This document shows positions 18,077 through 27,507 of a DNA stretch of 64,000 nucleotides, in pieces (position 1 is the stretch's first letter; each line of letters opens with the position of its first letter). Made by a program: the position numbers and the translations under genes. The notes under the pieces were generated by a model, which searched no databases, was not told where the DNA came from, and worked only from the letters and a program-made list of their open reading frames with translations. This DNA is from a virus (lineage: Duplodnaviria > Heunggongvirae > Uroviricota > Caudoviricetes), in IMG/VR virus record IMGVR_UViG_3300022910_000004, one strand, 5' to 3'.

Positions 18077-18737
18077 ACTCTATCAAATGTCTCCATCCAT
18101 CTTCGTTGTTGAAATGGATAATGCCGAAGATCTTGCACATACATTTTTAAGAGTGCAGGAATTTTATGAAAGTGAGAATGATGATTTCAGAGAAGGCGTT
18201 TTTACCATTGAAGAGTACAAGAAGTGGTATTGTACTCAAAGTTATGATGGGACATTTAGCTATGCCAAAGATTGGGTCGGATTTAATATCCATTCAAGTG
18301 TAATTGAACGGTGTTATGCTTGTTCCAGAGAATTCACTAAAGATGATATTTTCTTTTTAAGCATTTGTGCCAGCATAAAGAACCAAATAGGGGATAATGG
18401 ATACTATTTGTGTGGTATTAAAACATGTGATAAAGAAACTTTAGACCATGAGTTGGCTCATGCGCTGTTTAGTACTAATTTAGAATATCGACAAGTAATG
18501 ATTGATGCAGTGTTAGCAATAGATCGTTTGAATTTAGATGTTATTTTCACTACCTTACAAGATGAGGGATATTCGTTTTCTGTTGTTATAGATGAAACAC
18601 AGGCACATTTAAGTACTGGTCTGGTGAATATCCCAGAAACAGAGTATTTGTTAGGGTTAAGAAAACAATTTAGCAGTATCTTCAATAAGTTTATAAAAGA
18701 ACTTGGAGATCCTATATTAATAATGAGAGGAGCATAA
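18066..18737 (+). CDS. HExxH zincin-like protein (SprT/DUF45-like metallopeptidase?)
   Basis: DHELAHALF motif; several Cys; start ambiguous (18048, 18066 or 18087). Confidence 0.4.
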   Translation: MNYKLYQMSPSIFVVEMDNAEDLAHTFLRVQEFYESENDDFREGVFTIEEYKKWYCTQSYDGTFSYAKDWVGFNIHSSVIERCYACSREFTKDDIFFLSICASIKNQIGDNGYYLCGIKTCDKETLDHELAHALFSTNLEYRQVMIDAVLAIDRLNLDVIFTTLQDEGYSFSVVIDETQAHLSTGLVNIPETEYLLGLRKQFSSIFNKFIKELGDPILIMRGA

Positions 18738-18741
18738 TTTA

Positions 18742-18999
18742 ATGAATAAGGCACTAATTTTAATGATGATTACTCTTTGTCTTGTAGGCTGTGGAGACAA
18801 GTCTTATACAGATGATAGTGAAAATTATAAATTACCACCAGAACTCTCTGCATGTAAAGTTTACTATCTAGGTCAAGGCGGACTGCAAACAGGAATAACA
18901 GTAGTGCATTGCCCAAGAGCAGATACTACAACGTCTTATACACAGTCTTGTGGAAAAGGTTGCACAAGACATATTAATACTACAGTGGCGAGCTATTAA
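18742..18999 (+). CDS. lipoprotein
   Basis: lipobox LVGC. Confidence 0.5.
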   Translation: MNKALILMMITLCLVGCGDKSYTDDSENYKLPPELSACKVYYLGQGGLQTGITVVHCPRADTTTSYTQSCGKGCTRHINTTVASY

Positions 19000-19000
19000 T

Positions 19001-19948
19001 ATGAATTTAATTATGAAATGCCTATTCGGTAGCCACCTTTATGGTTTGAACACACCCACTTCAGATAAAGACTATAAAGGAATCTATTTGCCAGACAAAG
19101 ACAATTTGTTGCTTGGAAATTATGCCAAGCATTATTCTGAATCTACAGGTAATGATAAGACTAAGAATACTAAAGATGATATTGACGTGGAGATATTTTC
19201 TCTTCCCTATTTTATAGAACTTGCCTGTAAAGGCGAGACTGTAGCTTTGGATATGCTTCATGCAAGAGAGGAAATGTTTGAGTCTAATATTGGTGAAATA
19301 TGGTGGGAGCTAAAAAATAGACGTAAGATGTTCTACACCAAAGATATGAAGTCCTATATTGGCTATGCTCGTAAGCAGGCTAATAAGTACGGTATCAAAG
19401 GTAGTCGTATGGGGTCTGTTGAAGGAGCTATGAAAGCTTTAGCTAAACTAACACCCAATTGGAAATTGAGTCAGGTTTGGGACAACTTGCCCACAGATGA
19501 GTTTTTAATAAAAGTTACTATGAATGATAAATCCTCTGCAAAACCTTTAAATTTTTATGAGGTATGTGGCCGAAAGTACCAAGACACTTTATTTGTTTAC
19601 CAAGCTTATGAGCTTATAGAGGGGATCTATAAAGAGTATGGGGATAGGGCTAGACAAGCTAAGAATGATGAGGGCGTGGATTGGAAAGCTGTTAGTCATG
19701 CACTAAGGGCTTCTTACCAAATGCTTGGTATTTTGAATGATGGAGATTTTGAATATCCTCTCCCCCAAACAGAATTTTTGTTGGCGGTAAAAACAGGGCA
19801 GCTTAACTTTGTAAATGAAGTTCAGCCAGAATTAGATTCTCTTATCGTTAAGATCGAAAAGATGTCAGCGGAAAGTAGTTTACCAAATAAAGTTGACAGG
19901 AATTATTGGGATCAATGGTTATTAAATGTTTATAGAGAATATCTTTAG
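19001..19948 (+). CDS. Pol-beta-fold nucleotidyltransferase (unknown substrate)
   Basis: GSHLYGLNTPTSDKDYKG (GS...[DE]x[DE]) plus downstream DIDVE; start placed at the ATG following the stop of the lipoprotein gene. Confidence 0.5.
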   Translation: MNLIMKCLFGSHLYGLNTPTSDKDYKGIYLPDKDNLLLGNYAKHYSESTGNDKTKNTKDDIDVEIFSLPYFIELACKGETVALDMLHAREEMFESNIGEIWWELKNRRKMFYTKDMKSYIGYARKQANKYGIKGSRMGSVEGAMKALAKLTPNWKLSQVWDNLPTDEFLIKVTMNDKSSAKPLNFYEVCGRKYQDTLFVYQAYELIEGIYKEYGDRARQAKNDEGVDWKAVSHALRASYQMLGILNDGDFEYPLPQTEFLLAVKTGQLNFVNEVQPELDSLIVKIEKMSAESSLPNKVDRNYWDQWLLNVYREYL

Positions 19949-19957
19949 GAGAAAACA

Positions 19958-20830
19958 ATGACAATACAATTATTCATAGATGGGGTAGAAGTTCCTGTAA
20001 AAAAGATTAAATTTTCTGATGGGGGATCTAATGTAAAATTAGAAGTTCCTGAAGGATTATCTCCAAGAAGATACATATGCATTACAGTTGACCCAATTAC
20101 ACCCGCAGATAACTATTTGTGGGAAATCGGTTTGGTTATGTATGCTTTGGAGGTATTGTTTCCAGATTACGAAACAAAGACTATTATAAATTTACCATAT
20201 CTACCTCACGGCAGAGCAGATAGAGTGTTTGAAAGAGGTAATCCATGCCCTCTAGAATGTTTCTTTGATGAATTCCTTTGTTGGGAATTAGATAATATTG
20301 AGATTCATTTAACTGATCCGCATAGTGACTTTTATAAAAATTATGCAGATAATCTCGCTTTTGAAGTGAAAGAGCAGTACCAATGTTTTAGAGATACAGT
20401 TTTTGGATTCCAGTCTGGAGATTATTTAATAAGTCCTGATAAGGGGGCCAAGACTAAGATTCATCAACTTCAACAGTACTTAGATTCTCGCTGGGTGGCT
20501 TCATTTGTTGTTGAGGCGGAAAAAGTGAGAGATCCATCCAACGGTAAAATATTAGAAACTACTTTACCTGAAGGTATTGATCTTACTAATAAGGTATGTT
20601 ATATTGTCGATGACATTTGTGATGGAGGTGGAACATTCATCCCTCTCGCTGAGAAGCTTAAAGAAGCTGGAGCAAAAGAAGTTCATTTGTACGTCACTCA
20701 TGGCATATTCGCTAAAGGTTTGGATTTGTTTAAAGGTAAAATAGATAAGCTTCATGTATACCAAATAGTAAGTAATTATGTTACAATGATTGATATTATG
20801 AACTTTAATCAGGGGAAAGAGGTAAAATGA
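19958..20830 (+). CDS. ribose-phosphate pyrophosphokinase homolog (Prs-like; candidate ADPR-PP synthetase of NARP1 type)
   Basis: PRPP-binding loop YIVDDICDGGGT; divergent N-terminus lacking canonical Prs motifs. Confidence 0.65.
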   Translation: MTIQLFIDGVEVPVKKIKFSDGGSNVKLEVPEGLSPRRYICITVDPITPADNYLWEIGLVMYALEVLFPDYETKTIINLPYLPHGRADRVFERGNPCPLECFFDEFLCWELDNIEIHLTDPHSDFYKNYADNLAFEVKEQYQCFRDTVFGFQSGDYLISPDKGAKTKIHQLQQYLDSRWVASFVVEAEKVRDPSNGKILETTLPEGIDLTNKVCYIVDDICDGGGTFIPLAEKLKEAGAKEVHLYVTHGIFAKGLDLFKGKIDKLHVYQIVSNYVTMIDIMNFNQGKEVK

Positions 20831-21105
20831 TTATGTTTAGCGATCACTGCCAAAAATGTGGACACAGCCTAGAGTGTATGGCCGGTGAATCTGCACACCC
20901 CTCTAATTGGTATTGTCCAAACAAGAATTGTGAGAAAGACGCTCAAGAACTTAAGATAAAATATCTTAAAAGTAAACGAGATCACCTAATTGATGAAGCA
21001 CAGAAGGCAGCACATGCCTACTTCGTTGAGTGTGATATTGGGAAGGAGCGTGAAAAGGCTGGCGAGATATATGAAAATATCCGTACTGCTGGAAGAGTTT
21101 ATTAA
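20827..21105 (+). CDS. zinc-ribbon protein
   Basis: CQKCGH...CPNKNC. Confidence 0.45.
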   Translation: MIMFSDHCQKCGHSLECMAGESAHPSNWYCPNKNCEKDAQELKIKYLKSKRDHLIDEAQKAAHAYFVECDIGKEREKAGEIYENIRTAGRVY

Positions 21106-21136
21106 CAATTAAGTAAATTTATATTAGGAGATAATT

Positions 21137-22858
21137 ATGCCATTAGCACAAACAGATAGTTATAAGCTTTCACACAAAGGGTTTATGAATAAAGGTACAA
21201 CTAAGCTTTATTCAAATATGACCGCCCGTTCTGGCAAACATTTCCCCGTCCTGCAAGATCGTTGGGATGGTAAAGTAGTAGTATTTGGATTTCAAAAGTT
21301 TGTCATTGAATTCCTGATTAATGAGTGGAACAGTAAGTTCTTTCAAATGCCTAAACATAAGGCTATTAAGAAATTCAAACGCCTTGTAGATGCTTACCTT
21401 GGTAAAGATGCTGTTGATATGGCACACTTCGAAGCTTTGCATGATATTGGTTATTTACCTTTGCACATCAAGTCTATTGATGAAGGTAATCGTGTAAATA
21501 TTAAAGTTCCTTTGTGGACTATTACAAATACTCATCCAGATTTTGCATGGTTAGTGAACTATCTCGAAACTGTGATGTCTTGTGAGTGCTGGAAACCAAT
21601 TACCACAGCTACGATTATCTCTGAATATCGTAAACTGATTAATGAATATGCACTAAAGACCACTGGCAGCTTAATGGGCACACAGTTCCAGATTCATGGT
21701 TTTGAATTCCGTGGAATGGCAAATCGTCAAGATGCAGCAAGCTGTGCAGCCGGAATGTGCTTATCTACAAATGGTACAGATACAATTCCAGCTTTAGAAT
21801 TAATTGAAGAGTACTACTTCACTGATATTGAGAAGTACTTTGTGGCAACTTCTGTGCCAGCAAGCGAACACTCTATTGCGTGTCTTGGAACTGCTGTACA
21901 AGGTGAATTAGAATCCTATCGTAAATGGATTACTGTAGACTATCCTACTGGCATTGTAAGCTTGGTAAGCGATACCTACGATTATTGGAAAGTACTAACA
22001 GAGTATCTCCCAATTCTTAAGCCCGATATTCTTGCTCGTCCAGTTAATGAGATTGGTTTGAGTAAAGTAGTTATTCGTCCTGATTCTGGTAACCCTGCGG
22101 ATATTATTTGTGGAGATGTTTTCACAGATTTAACTAAAGACTGTAAAGATTTTGACACTTTCAAACGTTGGGCGTTAGAAATCATTCGGGAAGAAGTGGG
22201 AGATGATACTCCTCATGGAGAGTGTGGTGAATGTAACCCAAACAAAATCTTCAAATGGCAAGATAAGTACTATGATGTACATGCAGAAATTGAATGGAAT
22301 CGTTATGATAAACAATACTATTATATGGAGGACGAACGCATCACTAGTGTGGAAGAAATTGAACTTACACCAGAACAAAAAGGCTCTGTAGAACTCCTCT
22401 GGGAGACCTTTGGAGGCACTGTAACAGAGCAGGGATACAAAGTATTAGACAGTCACATAGGATTGATCTATGGTGATTCTATTACACTTAAAGTGGCTTT
22501 AGATGTAATGGAACGATTAGCAGCCAAAGGATTTGCCTCAACAAACATAGTGTTTGGTGTAGGCAGTTATACAATGCAGTATCTAACTCGTGATAGCTTA
22601 GGTATGGCAGTTAAAGCCACCTATGGCGAAGTTGATGGTGTTGGTTATGAGTTGTTTAAAGATCCAATTACTGATAGCGGTATGAAGAAGTCAGCAAAAG
22701 GATTGTTACGTGTGGAAAAAGAGGGAGATGATTACGTTCTATATGATCAGCAAACTCTAGAGCAAGAGGCTACAGGGGAATTAACTTCTCTGTTTTTGAA
22801 TGGGAAATTGATGAAACAAACTACATTCGAAGAATGTCGTAATCGTCTTTGGAAATAA
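21137..22858 (+). CDS. nadV: nicotinamide phosphoribosyltransferase family protein (NadV/Nampt-like; candidate Namat)
   Basis: 573 aa; type-II PRTase RPDSGNPADI motif; adjacent to Prs-like gene. Confidence 0.75.
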   Translation: MPLAQTDSYKLSHKGFMNKGTTKLYSNMTARSGKHFPVLQDRWDGKVVVFGFQKFVIEFLINEWNSKFFQMPKHKAIKKFKRLVDAYLGKDAVDMAHFEALHDIGYLPLHIKSIDEGNRVNIKVPLWTITNTHPDFAWLVNYLETVMSCECWKPITTATIISEYRKLINEYALKTTGSLMGTQFQIHGFEFRGMANRQDAASCAAGMCLSTNGTDTIPALELIEEYYFTDIEKYFVATSVPASEHSIACLGTAVQGELESYRKWITVDYPTGIVSLVSDTYDYWKVLTEYLPILKPDILARPVNEIGLSKVVIRPDSGNPADIICGDVFTDLTKDCKDFDTFKRWALEIIREEVGDDTPHGECGECNPNKIFKWQDKYYDVHAEIEWNRYDKQYYYMEDERITSVEEIELTPEQKGSVELLWETFGGTVTEQGYKVLDSHIGLIYGDSITLKVALDVMERLAAKGFASTNIVFGVGSYTMQYLTRDSLGMAVKATYGEVDGVGYELFKDPITDSGMKKSAKGLLRVEKEGDDYVLYDQQTLEQEATGELTSLFLNGKLMKQTTFEECRNRLWK

Positions 22859-22879
22859 TTAAATATCGGGAGTAGTAAA

Positions 22880-23101
22880 ATGGGACTTAATGTTTTTGGT
22901 AAATTGCTAACTGTGGATGATGCTATCTCTTCTTTACAAAAGACAGTAGATAAGCTGAAAGATGTTATTGGCGTTCGTGATAATGCTATAACAGAAAACA
23001 CAGCTAAAGTGGCCGACCTTCAGAGGGAAGTTGCAGAACATCAATCTGAAAAGGAAAGAGCCCAAGCAATTTTAGAAAAATTAACTAATTTGTTAAGTTG
23101 A
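22880..23101 (+). CDS. coiled-coil protein
   Basis: 73-aa heptad-rich ORF. Confidence 0.4.
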   Translation: MGLNVFGKLLTVDDAISSLQKTVDKLKDVIGVRDNAITENTAKVADLQREVAEHQSEKERAQAILEKLTNLLS

Positions 23102-23111
23102 GGAGATAATT

Positions 23112-23327
23112 GTGGTGGACCCTGTTGAAATAAAAGCCTCTAGGGATAGGGTTGCCAGAAGACTAGAGCGACTTAACTCTTTAAAAGATAAGATAGAAAA
23201 TAGACACTCTGGAAGAGAAATTTGGTTTACCTACCATGCTGGTTGGGATCTTGGATATCTTAAAGGGCAAATCTCTATTTTAGAGGAAATGGAAGATTTG
23301 CTCAATGATCTTGTTAGAGATAGTTAA
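23112..23327 (+). CDS. hypothetical protein (GTG start)
   Basis: GAGGAG RBS then GTG. Confidence 0.4.
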   Translation: MVDPVEIKASRDRVARRLERLNSLKDKIENRHSGREIWFTYHAGWDLGYLKGQISILEEMEDLLNDLVRDS

Positions 23328-23343
23328 TAAAGAATTTAAGTTA

Positions 23344-23373
23344 TAGACAAAGCTTAAGTAAAGGTGTTATAAT
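23344..23373 (+). promoter_or_regulatory. extended -10 promoter candidate (TAGACA-18-TGtTATAAT)
   Basis: TGnTATAAT at 23365-23373. Confidence 0.4.
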
Positions 23374-23404
23374 AAATTTTATTTTAAACTAAGGAGAATA
23401 GATT

Positions 23405-24289
23405 ATGAATGAACAATCCGTATCAAAACTTGCTAAATGGGGAATTATTTCTATTATAGCAATTATTGTGCTCGCTGTGTTAAGTCCATTTAACACTGTC
23501 CCCACTGGTACTCGTGGTGTAGTAACTCAGTTTGGTGCTATTAAAGGTATTGAACAAGAGGGTTTAGTAATCCTACCTCCTTGGCAAAAACTCTCTGTAT
23601 TCAATACACGAGCAGAAGAAGCCACTATCGAGAAGGCTGTAGGGGCTACAAGTGATACACAACCAGTATTTGTTAGTCTTACTGTACGCTATAATGTCTT
23701 CCCAGACCGTGTAGCAGAAGTATATGAGAAATACTCTCGTGATGGAGACTTGTCTTCATATGTACAGACAGCAACTGCTGAAGTATTTAAGGCAGTAACA
23801 GCCAAATACACTGCACCAGACCTTATTAGTCAACGTGCAAAAGTATCAACTGATATTGTAGAAGCTTTGTCTAAGAAACTGTCTTTATATGGTGCAAACG
23901 TAATAAACGTTGATATGCGTAACTTTGAGTTTTCTGCCACTTATATGACAGCAATTAATCAAAAGGTTACTCAAGAGCAATTACGATTAGTAGCAGAGAA
24001 TCAACTGAAGACGGTGGAAGCAGAGCAAAAGCAGAAAGTTGCTATTGCTGAAGCAGAAGCTAATGCCGCTCGTGCAAAGGCTGATGGTGAATCTTACGCT
24101 AACTTAAAGATTGCATCAGCTCAAGCTGAAGCACTACGAATTCAGAATGCTGCATTAGCTCAAAATAAAGATGTGTTAGAGCTTCGTCGTATTGAAGTAG
24201 AAATGAAAAAAGCTGAAAATTGGAATGGTGCCCTACCACAAAATATTTATGCTGGTGCCCCAATTCCCTTTATGAACTTTCCTAAATAA
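23405..24289 (+). CDS. SPFH/band-7 (prohibitin/HflKC-like) membrane protein
   Basis: N-terminal TM then TGTRGVVTQFGAI...LPPW core; Ala/Glu-rich coiled coil at C-terminus. Confidence 0.65.
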   Translation: MNEQSVSKLAKWGIISIIAIIVLAVLSPFNTVPTGTRGVVTQFGAIKGIEQEGLVILPPWQKLSVFNTRAEEATIEKAVGATSDTQPVFVSLTVRYNVFPDRVAEVYEKYSRDGDLSSYVQTATAEVFKAVTAKYTAPDLISQRAKVSTDIVEALSKKLSLYGANVINVDMRNFEFSATYMTAINQKVTQEQLRLVAENQLKTVEAEQKQKVAIAEAEANAARAKADGESYANLKIASAQAEALRIQNAALAQNKDVLELRRIEVEMKKAENWNGALPQNIYAGAPIPFMNFPK

Positions 24290-24334
24290 GTAAGGATCGC
24301 TTAAGATAGAATAGGATTAATAATAGAGTTACTA

Positions 24335-24362
24335 GATGCTTCGTAAGAGGCATCATTTTTAA
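24335..24362 (+). terminator. putative terminator
   Basis: GATGCTTC...GAGGCATC imperfect hairpin then ATTTTTA. Confidence 0.35.
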
Positions 24363-24408
24363 ATGCTTAATGAGTTTTTAAGAATGATAAACAAATAGGA
24401 GTACAGAT

Positions 24409-25119
24409 ATGGCAAATAGTCTTGGCGATAGAATGAAGGGTTATGAACATGTTAATCGTAACTTCTTGATTAAAAGAATGCCTGTGGTTATCCGTTTGGA
24501 TGGAAAAGCTTTCCACACTTACACTAAAAACTGTGGAAAGCCTTATGACTCAGATTTGCATATTGTTCGTAAGGCGACTCTGGAACATCTTTGCAAAGAA
24601 ATACAAGGTGTTATTATAGGGTATTCTCAGTCAGATGAGATATCCCTTGTTCTTAAAGACTGGCAGACATTCAACACTTCTGCTTGGTTTAACAATAACA
24701 TCCAGAAAATTTGCAGTGTATCGGCCTCAATGTGTACGATGAGGTGGAATAGTGCAGTTAATTTCATGAACTATGATATTGGGCATATTGTTTTAGAGCC
24801 TTGTGCTATGTTTGACTCAAGAGTGTTCAATCTTCCCAAAGAGGAAGTAGTGAATTATTTAATCTGGAGGCAACAAGATTGGGAACGTAACTCTGTCCAA
24901 ATGTTGGCCCAAAGCTTATACTCTCACAAAGAGTTACAAGGTAAAAGCTGCTCCCAATTGATTACTAAAATCGAAGAGGAATTTAATATTATCTGGGGAA
25001 ATTTTTTGCCTTGGAAAAAGCAAGGTGAAATTTGGTTTGGTGGGAAAACACAAGAGAGTTTTCTTTTTAAGAATAATCGTGTCCTTATTGAGGAAGAACT
25101 TAATTTGGAGTTGAATTGA
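24409..25119 (+). CDS. tRNA-His guanylyltransferase Thg1-like protein (3'-5' nucleotide addition)
   Basis: RLDGKAFH and GYSQSDEISLVL match the Thg1 catalytic core. Confidence 0.7.
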   Translation: MANSLGDRMKGYEHVNRNFLIKRMPVVIRLDGKAFHTYTKNCGKPYDSDLHIVRKATLEHLCKEIQGVIIGYSQSDEISLVLKDWQTFNTSAWFNNNIQKICSVSASMCTMRWNSAVNFMNYDIGHIVLEPCAMFDSRVFNLPKEEVVNYLIWRQQDWERNSVQMLAQSLYSHKELQGKSCSQLITKIEEEFNIIWGNFLPWKKQGEIWFGGKTQESFLFKNNRVLIEEELNLELN

Positions 25120-26276
25120 TGAAACGCTATTGGACATCTTTGCTCGCCACTTATGTTTTAGACTGGACAGTCCCTAATGCTATACGGGAGATTGTCCAAA
25201 ACTGTCTGGATGACCCAAGTACATTTGAATATGATCTTAGTGGCCCTACTATCGAGCTTACCTCTAAAGGTGTTCAATTAAACCCTGCTACACTCCTTAT
25301 GGGGGCTTCTGGCAAGCGAGGGGACCCTACGGTAGTGGGTGGCAAGGGAGAGGGCTACAAAGACGCGCTATTGGTCTTATTGAGGAACGGACATAAGGTC
25401 ACTATTAAGAATGGTAACAAGCTATGGATACCTTCTTTTGAATACACTGAGATGTTTGATCAAGAAGTCTTGTGTGTTACAGAGACAGACCTAGAAGATA
25501 ATGAGGACCTCACTTATCTTATTGAGGGGATAACTCCAAAGCTTAGAGATAGTATCATTCATGATTGCCTATACTTACAAGATGACCTTGGTGAAGTTAG
25601 GGAAGGTAGTATTGGTAGGATATTAGTTGATAGGCCCAATAAACTCTACGTAGGTGGCCTATTCGTCACAGACATAACAGGACATAAATATTCTTATGAT
25701 TTTGCTCCTGCATACCTCCCTTTAAACAGGGATCGTAAGTCTGTTGATAGTTGGAACTTGGCCGCTAATACCACCAAATTGCTGGAAGAGGCTTTTCCGC
25801 CTAAAGAAGTGGCAGAGATGGTCAGAGATCGTGTTCGAGATACTGGAGGTTATTACGCCAGTATAAAAAGCCAAGCCGTGGCCGAAGAGGCTTATAACTT
25901 GGTTAAAAAAGAACATGGAGATACTGTTGTTATTGCATCTAATACAGATGAAGAGCAACAACTTAAGAAGTCTGGGTATGATAATGTAAAAACTATCTAC
26001 GATGATAATTATAGACAGCTAGTAAAATCTAGTGTAGAATACCAAAGCAATGTTAATAAATTAGAAGTTAAAGTGTTAGAGGAAGATAAGCGTACACCCA
26101 TTGAAATGTTAGAAGAATTCTATTTAGCTATTGAAGATTGTCTTGATTTTGAGGGGCGAGACTTATTTGACGATTTGATGGACACTTTTAATGATCGTGG
26201 TGTAGTGTTTCTTCGTAAAGCAAGTCAAGTTACAGCCAAGACCACATTAAAAGAAGAGGAAGAAATTCCTTTTTAG
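25116..26276 (+). CDS. GHKL/Bergerat-fold ATPase-like protein
   Basis: N-box EIVQNCLD (ExxxNxxD) and glycine-rich GGKGEGYKDALLV. Confidence 0.4.
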   Translation: MMKRYWTSLLATYVLDWTVPNAIREIVQNCLDDPSTFEYDLSGPTIELTSKGVQLNPATLLMGASGKRGDPTVVGGKGEGYKDALLVLLRNGHKVTIKNGNKLWIPSFEYTEMFDQEVLCVTETDLEDNEDLTYLIEGITPKLRDSIIHDCLYLQDDLGEVREGSIGRILVDRPNKLYVGGLFVTDITGHKYSYDFAPAYLPLNRDRKSVDSWNLAANTTKLLEEAFPPKEVAEMVRDRVRDTGGYYASIKSQAVAEEAYNLVKKEHGDTVVIASNTDEEQQLKKSGYDNVKTIYDDNYRQLVKSSVEYQSNVNKLEVKVLEEDKRTPIEMLEEFYLAIEDCLDFEGRDLFDDLMDTFNDRGVVFLRKASQVTAKTTLKEEEEIPF

Positions 26277-26290
26277 TATAGGAGATAACA

Positions 26291-27475
26291 ATGACACCTT
26301 TTGAGCAACAAGGTTGGACTAAAGATAGTCTATTTACCGTAGATAACAGTTCATACTTCAGACAAGGTGAGATTATTTGGCTACATAAAGATGATAAATC
26401 AAGTAGTCCATATTTTACAAATGGTGAGATGACATTTTCCAAATGTCTATCTGGGCTAAAGTACTTAGGAGAAAAAGGTAAAATGAGTAGAGATAAAATT
26501 ACGGATAAATCTTCTTATAAGCCAAACTCTATGCCAGACATTACTAAGTTTAAGCATACTGCGGTAGTAAAGTTCTATACTGATGGAAGATTATATGGAA
26601 AAGAATATCATTATCTATGTGATGACTCTATCTTAAGGAAGTATATAGATAGCGATGGCCCTTTTGACCATACTGCTATTGTTAGTGGCGAGTCTAAGAA
26701 AATTTCAGTTAGATCGGTATTACCAAATTATCTTTCTGAAAAGGCGACTAAGGCTCTTCCAGAGGTAGCCTTTACATCACCAATCTTGACAGATTCAGTA
26801 AAAATTAAGGTTACAGTATCTAACCCTAATGAGTTAAAAGTAGGTAGTAGAGTTAAGATAAGAAAGGGTACAAGATATTATGGAAATTCTACCAGAAATC
26901 CGGCAGAGGTTGAAGGTACTGTTAACGAAATTAAATCTTCCGGTTGGTTTCATGTTATATGGGATAATGAGGAATCAGAAGATTATGAATATCCAGATTT
27001 AGAATTGGTTGAAAATAAAGTAGAAAAAGATTTGAAAATATCTTCATCTAATGCTAAAGTGGAATCTAGTGCTTCACAATCTGTAAAGCTGGTTTGGGAT
27101 AAAGAGTACTTAATGAGAGTTGGTGGTTATTGGAAAATGCCTGATAATATGGGTGTTTCTGAAACAGATGTTAAACTTAAACAAGAGGATGTTAATATGG
27201 GTGTACGTAGAACAGTAACAATTGAATTGATTGACGATGATAAGGGCTTGGATGTATCTGATGCTCTTGTTGCATCTTACGAAAATGTCTTGATTGAGAC
27301 AGATACTGAAAGTGCAATTCGTGAGATTTTGATGACCAAGAATGTTGCCAAGAAATTGGAAGAACACAATGTTAAACGCATGGCTACAGTAGATTTAGAT
27401 ATTCTTAATCGTACAGGTAATGAAGTTAAGCTCCGTTCAGTACAGCTTAATCAACTTCGTTGGAATGTAAAATAA
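26291..27475 (+). CDS. hypothetical protein (394 aa)
   Basis: GGAGA RBS; no recognisable motif. Confidence 0.5.
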   Translation: MTPFEQQGWTKDSLFTVDNSSYFRQGEIIWLHKDDKSSSPYFTNGEMTFSKCLSGLKYLGEKGKMSRDKITDKSSYKPNSMPDITKFKHTAVVKFYTDGRLYGKEYHYLCDDSILRKYIDSDGPFDHTAIVSGESKKISVRSVLPNYLSEKATKALPEVAFTSPILTDSVKIKVTVSNPNELKVGSRVKIRKGTRYYGNSTRNPAEVEGTVNEIKSSGWFHVIWDNEESEDYEYPDLELVENKVEKDLKISSSNAKVESSASQSVKLVWDKEYLMRVGGYWKMPDNMGVSETDVKLKQEDVNMGVRRTVTIELIDDDKGLDVSDALVASYENVLIETDTESAIREILMTKNVAKKLEEHNVKRMATVDLDILNRTGNEVKLRSVQLNQLRWNVK

Positions 27476-27507
27476 GCTAAACTAAAAGGTAGTATCATAG
27501 TAAAACA

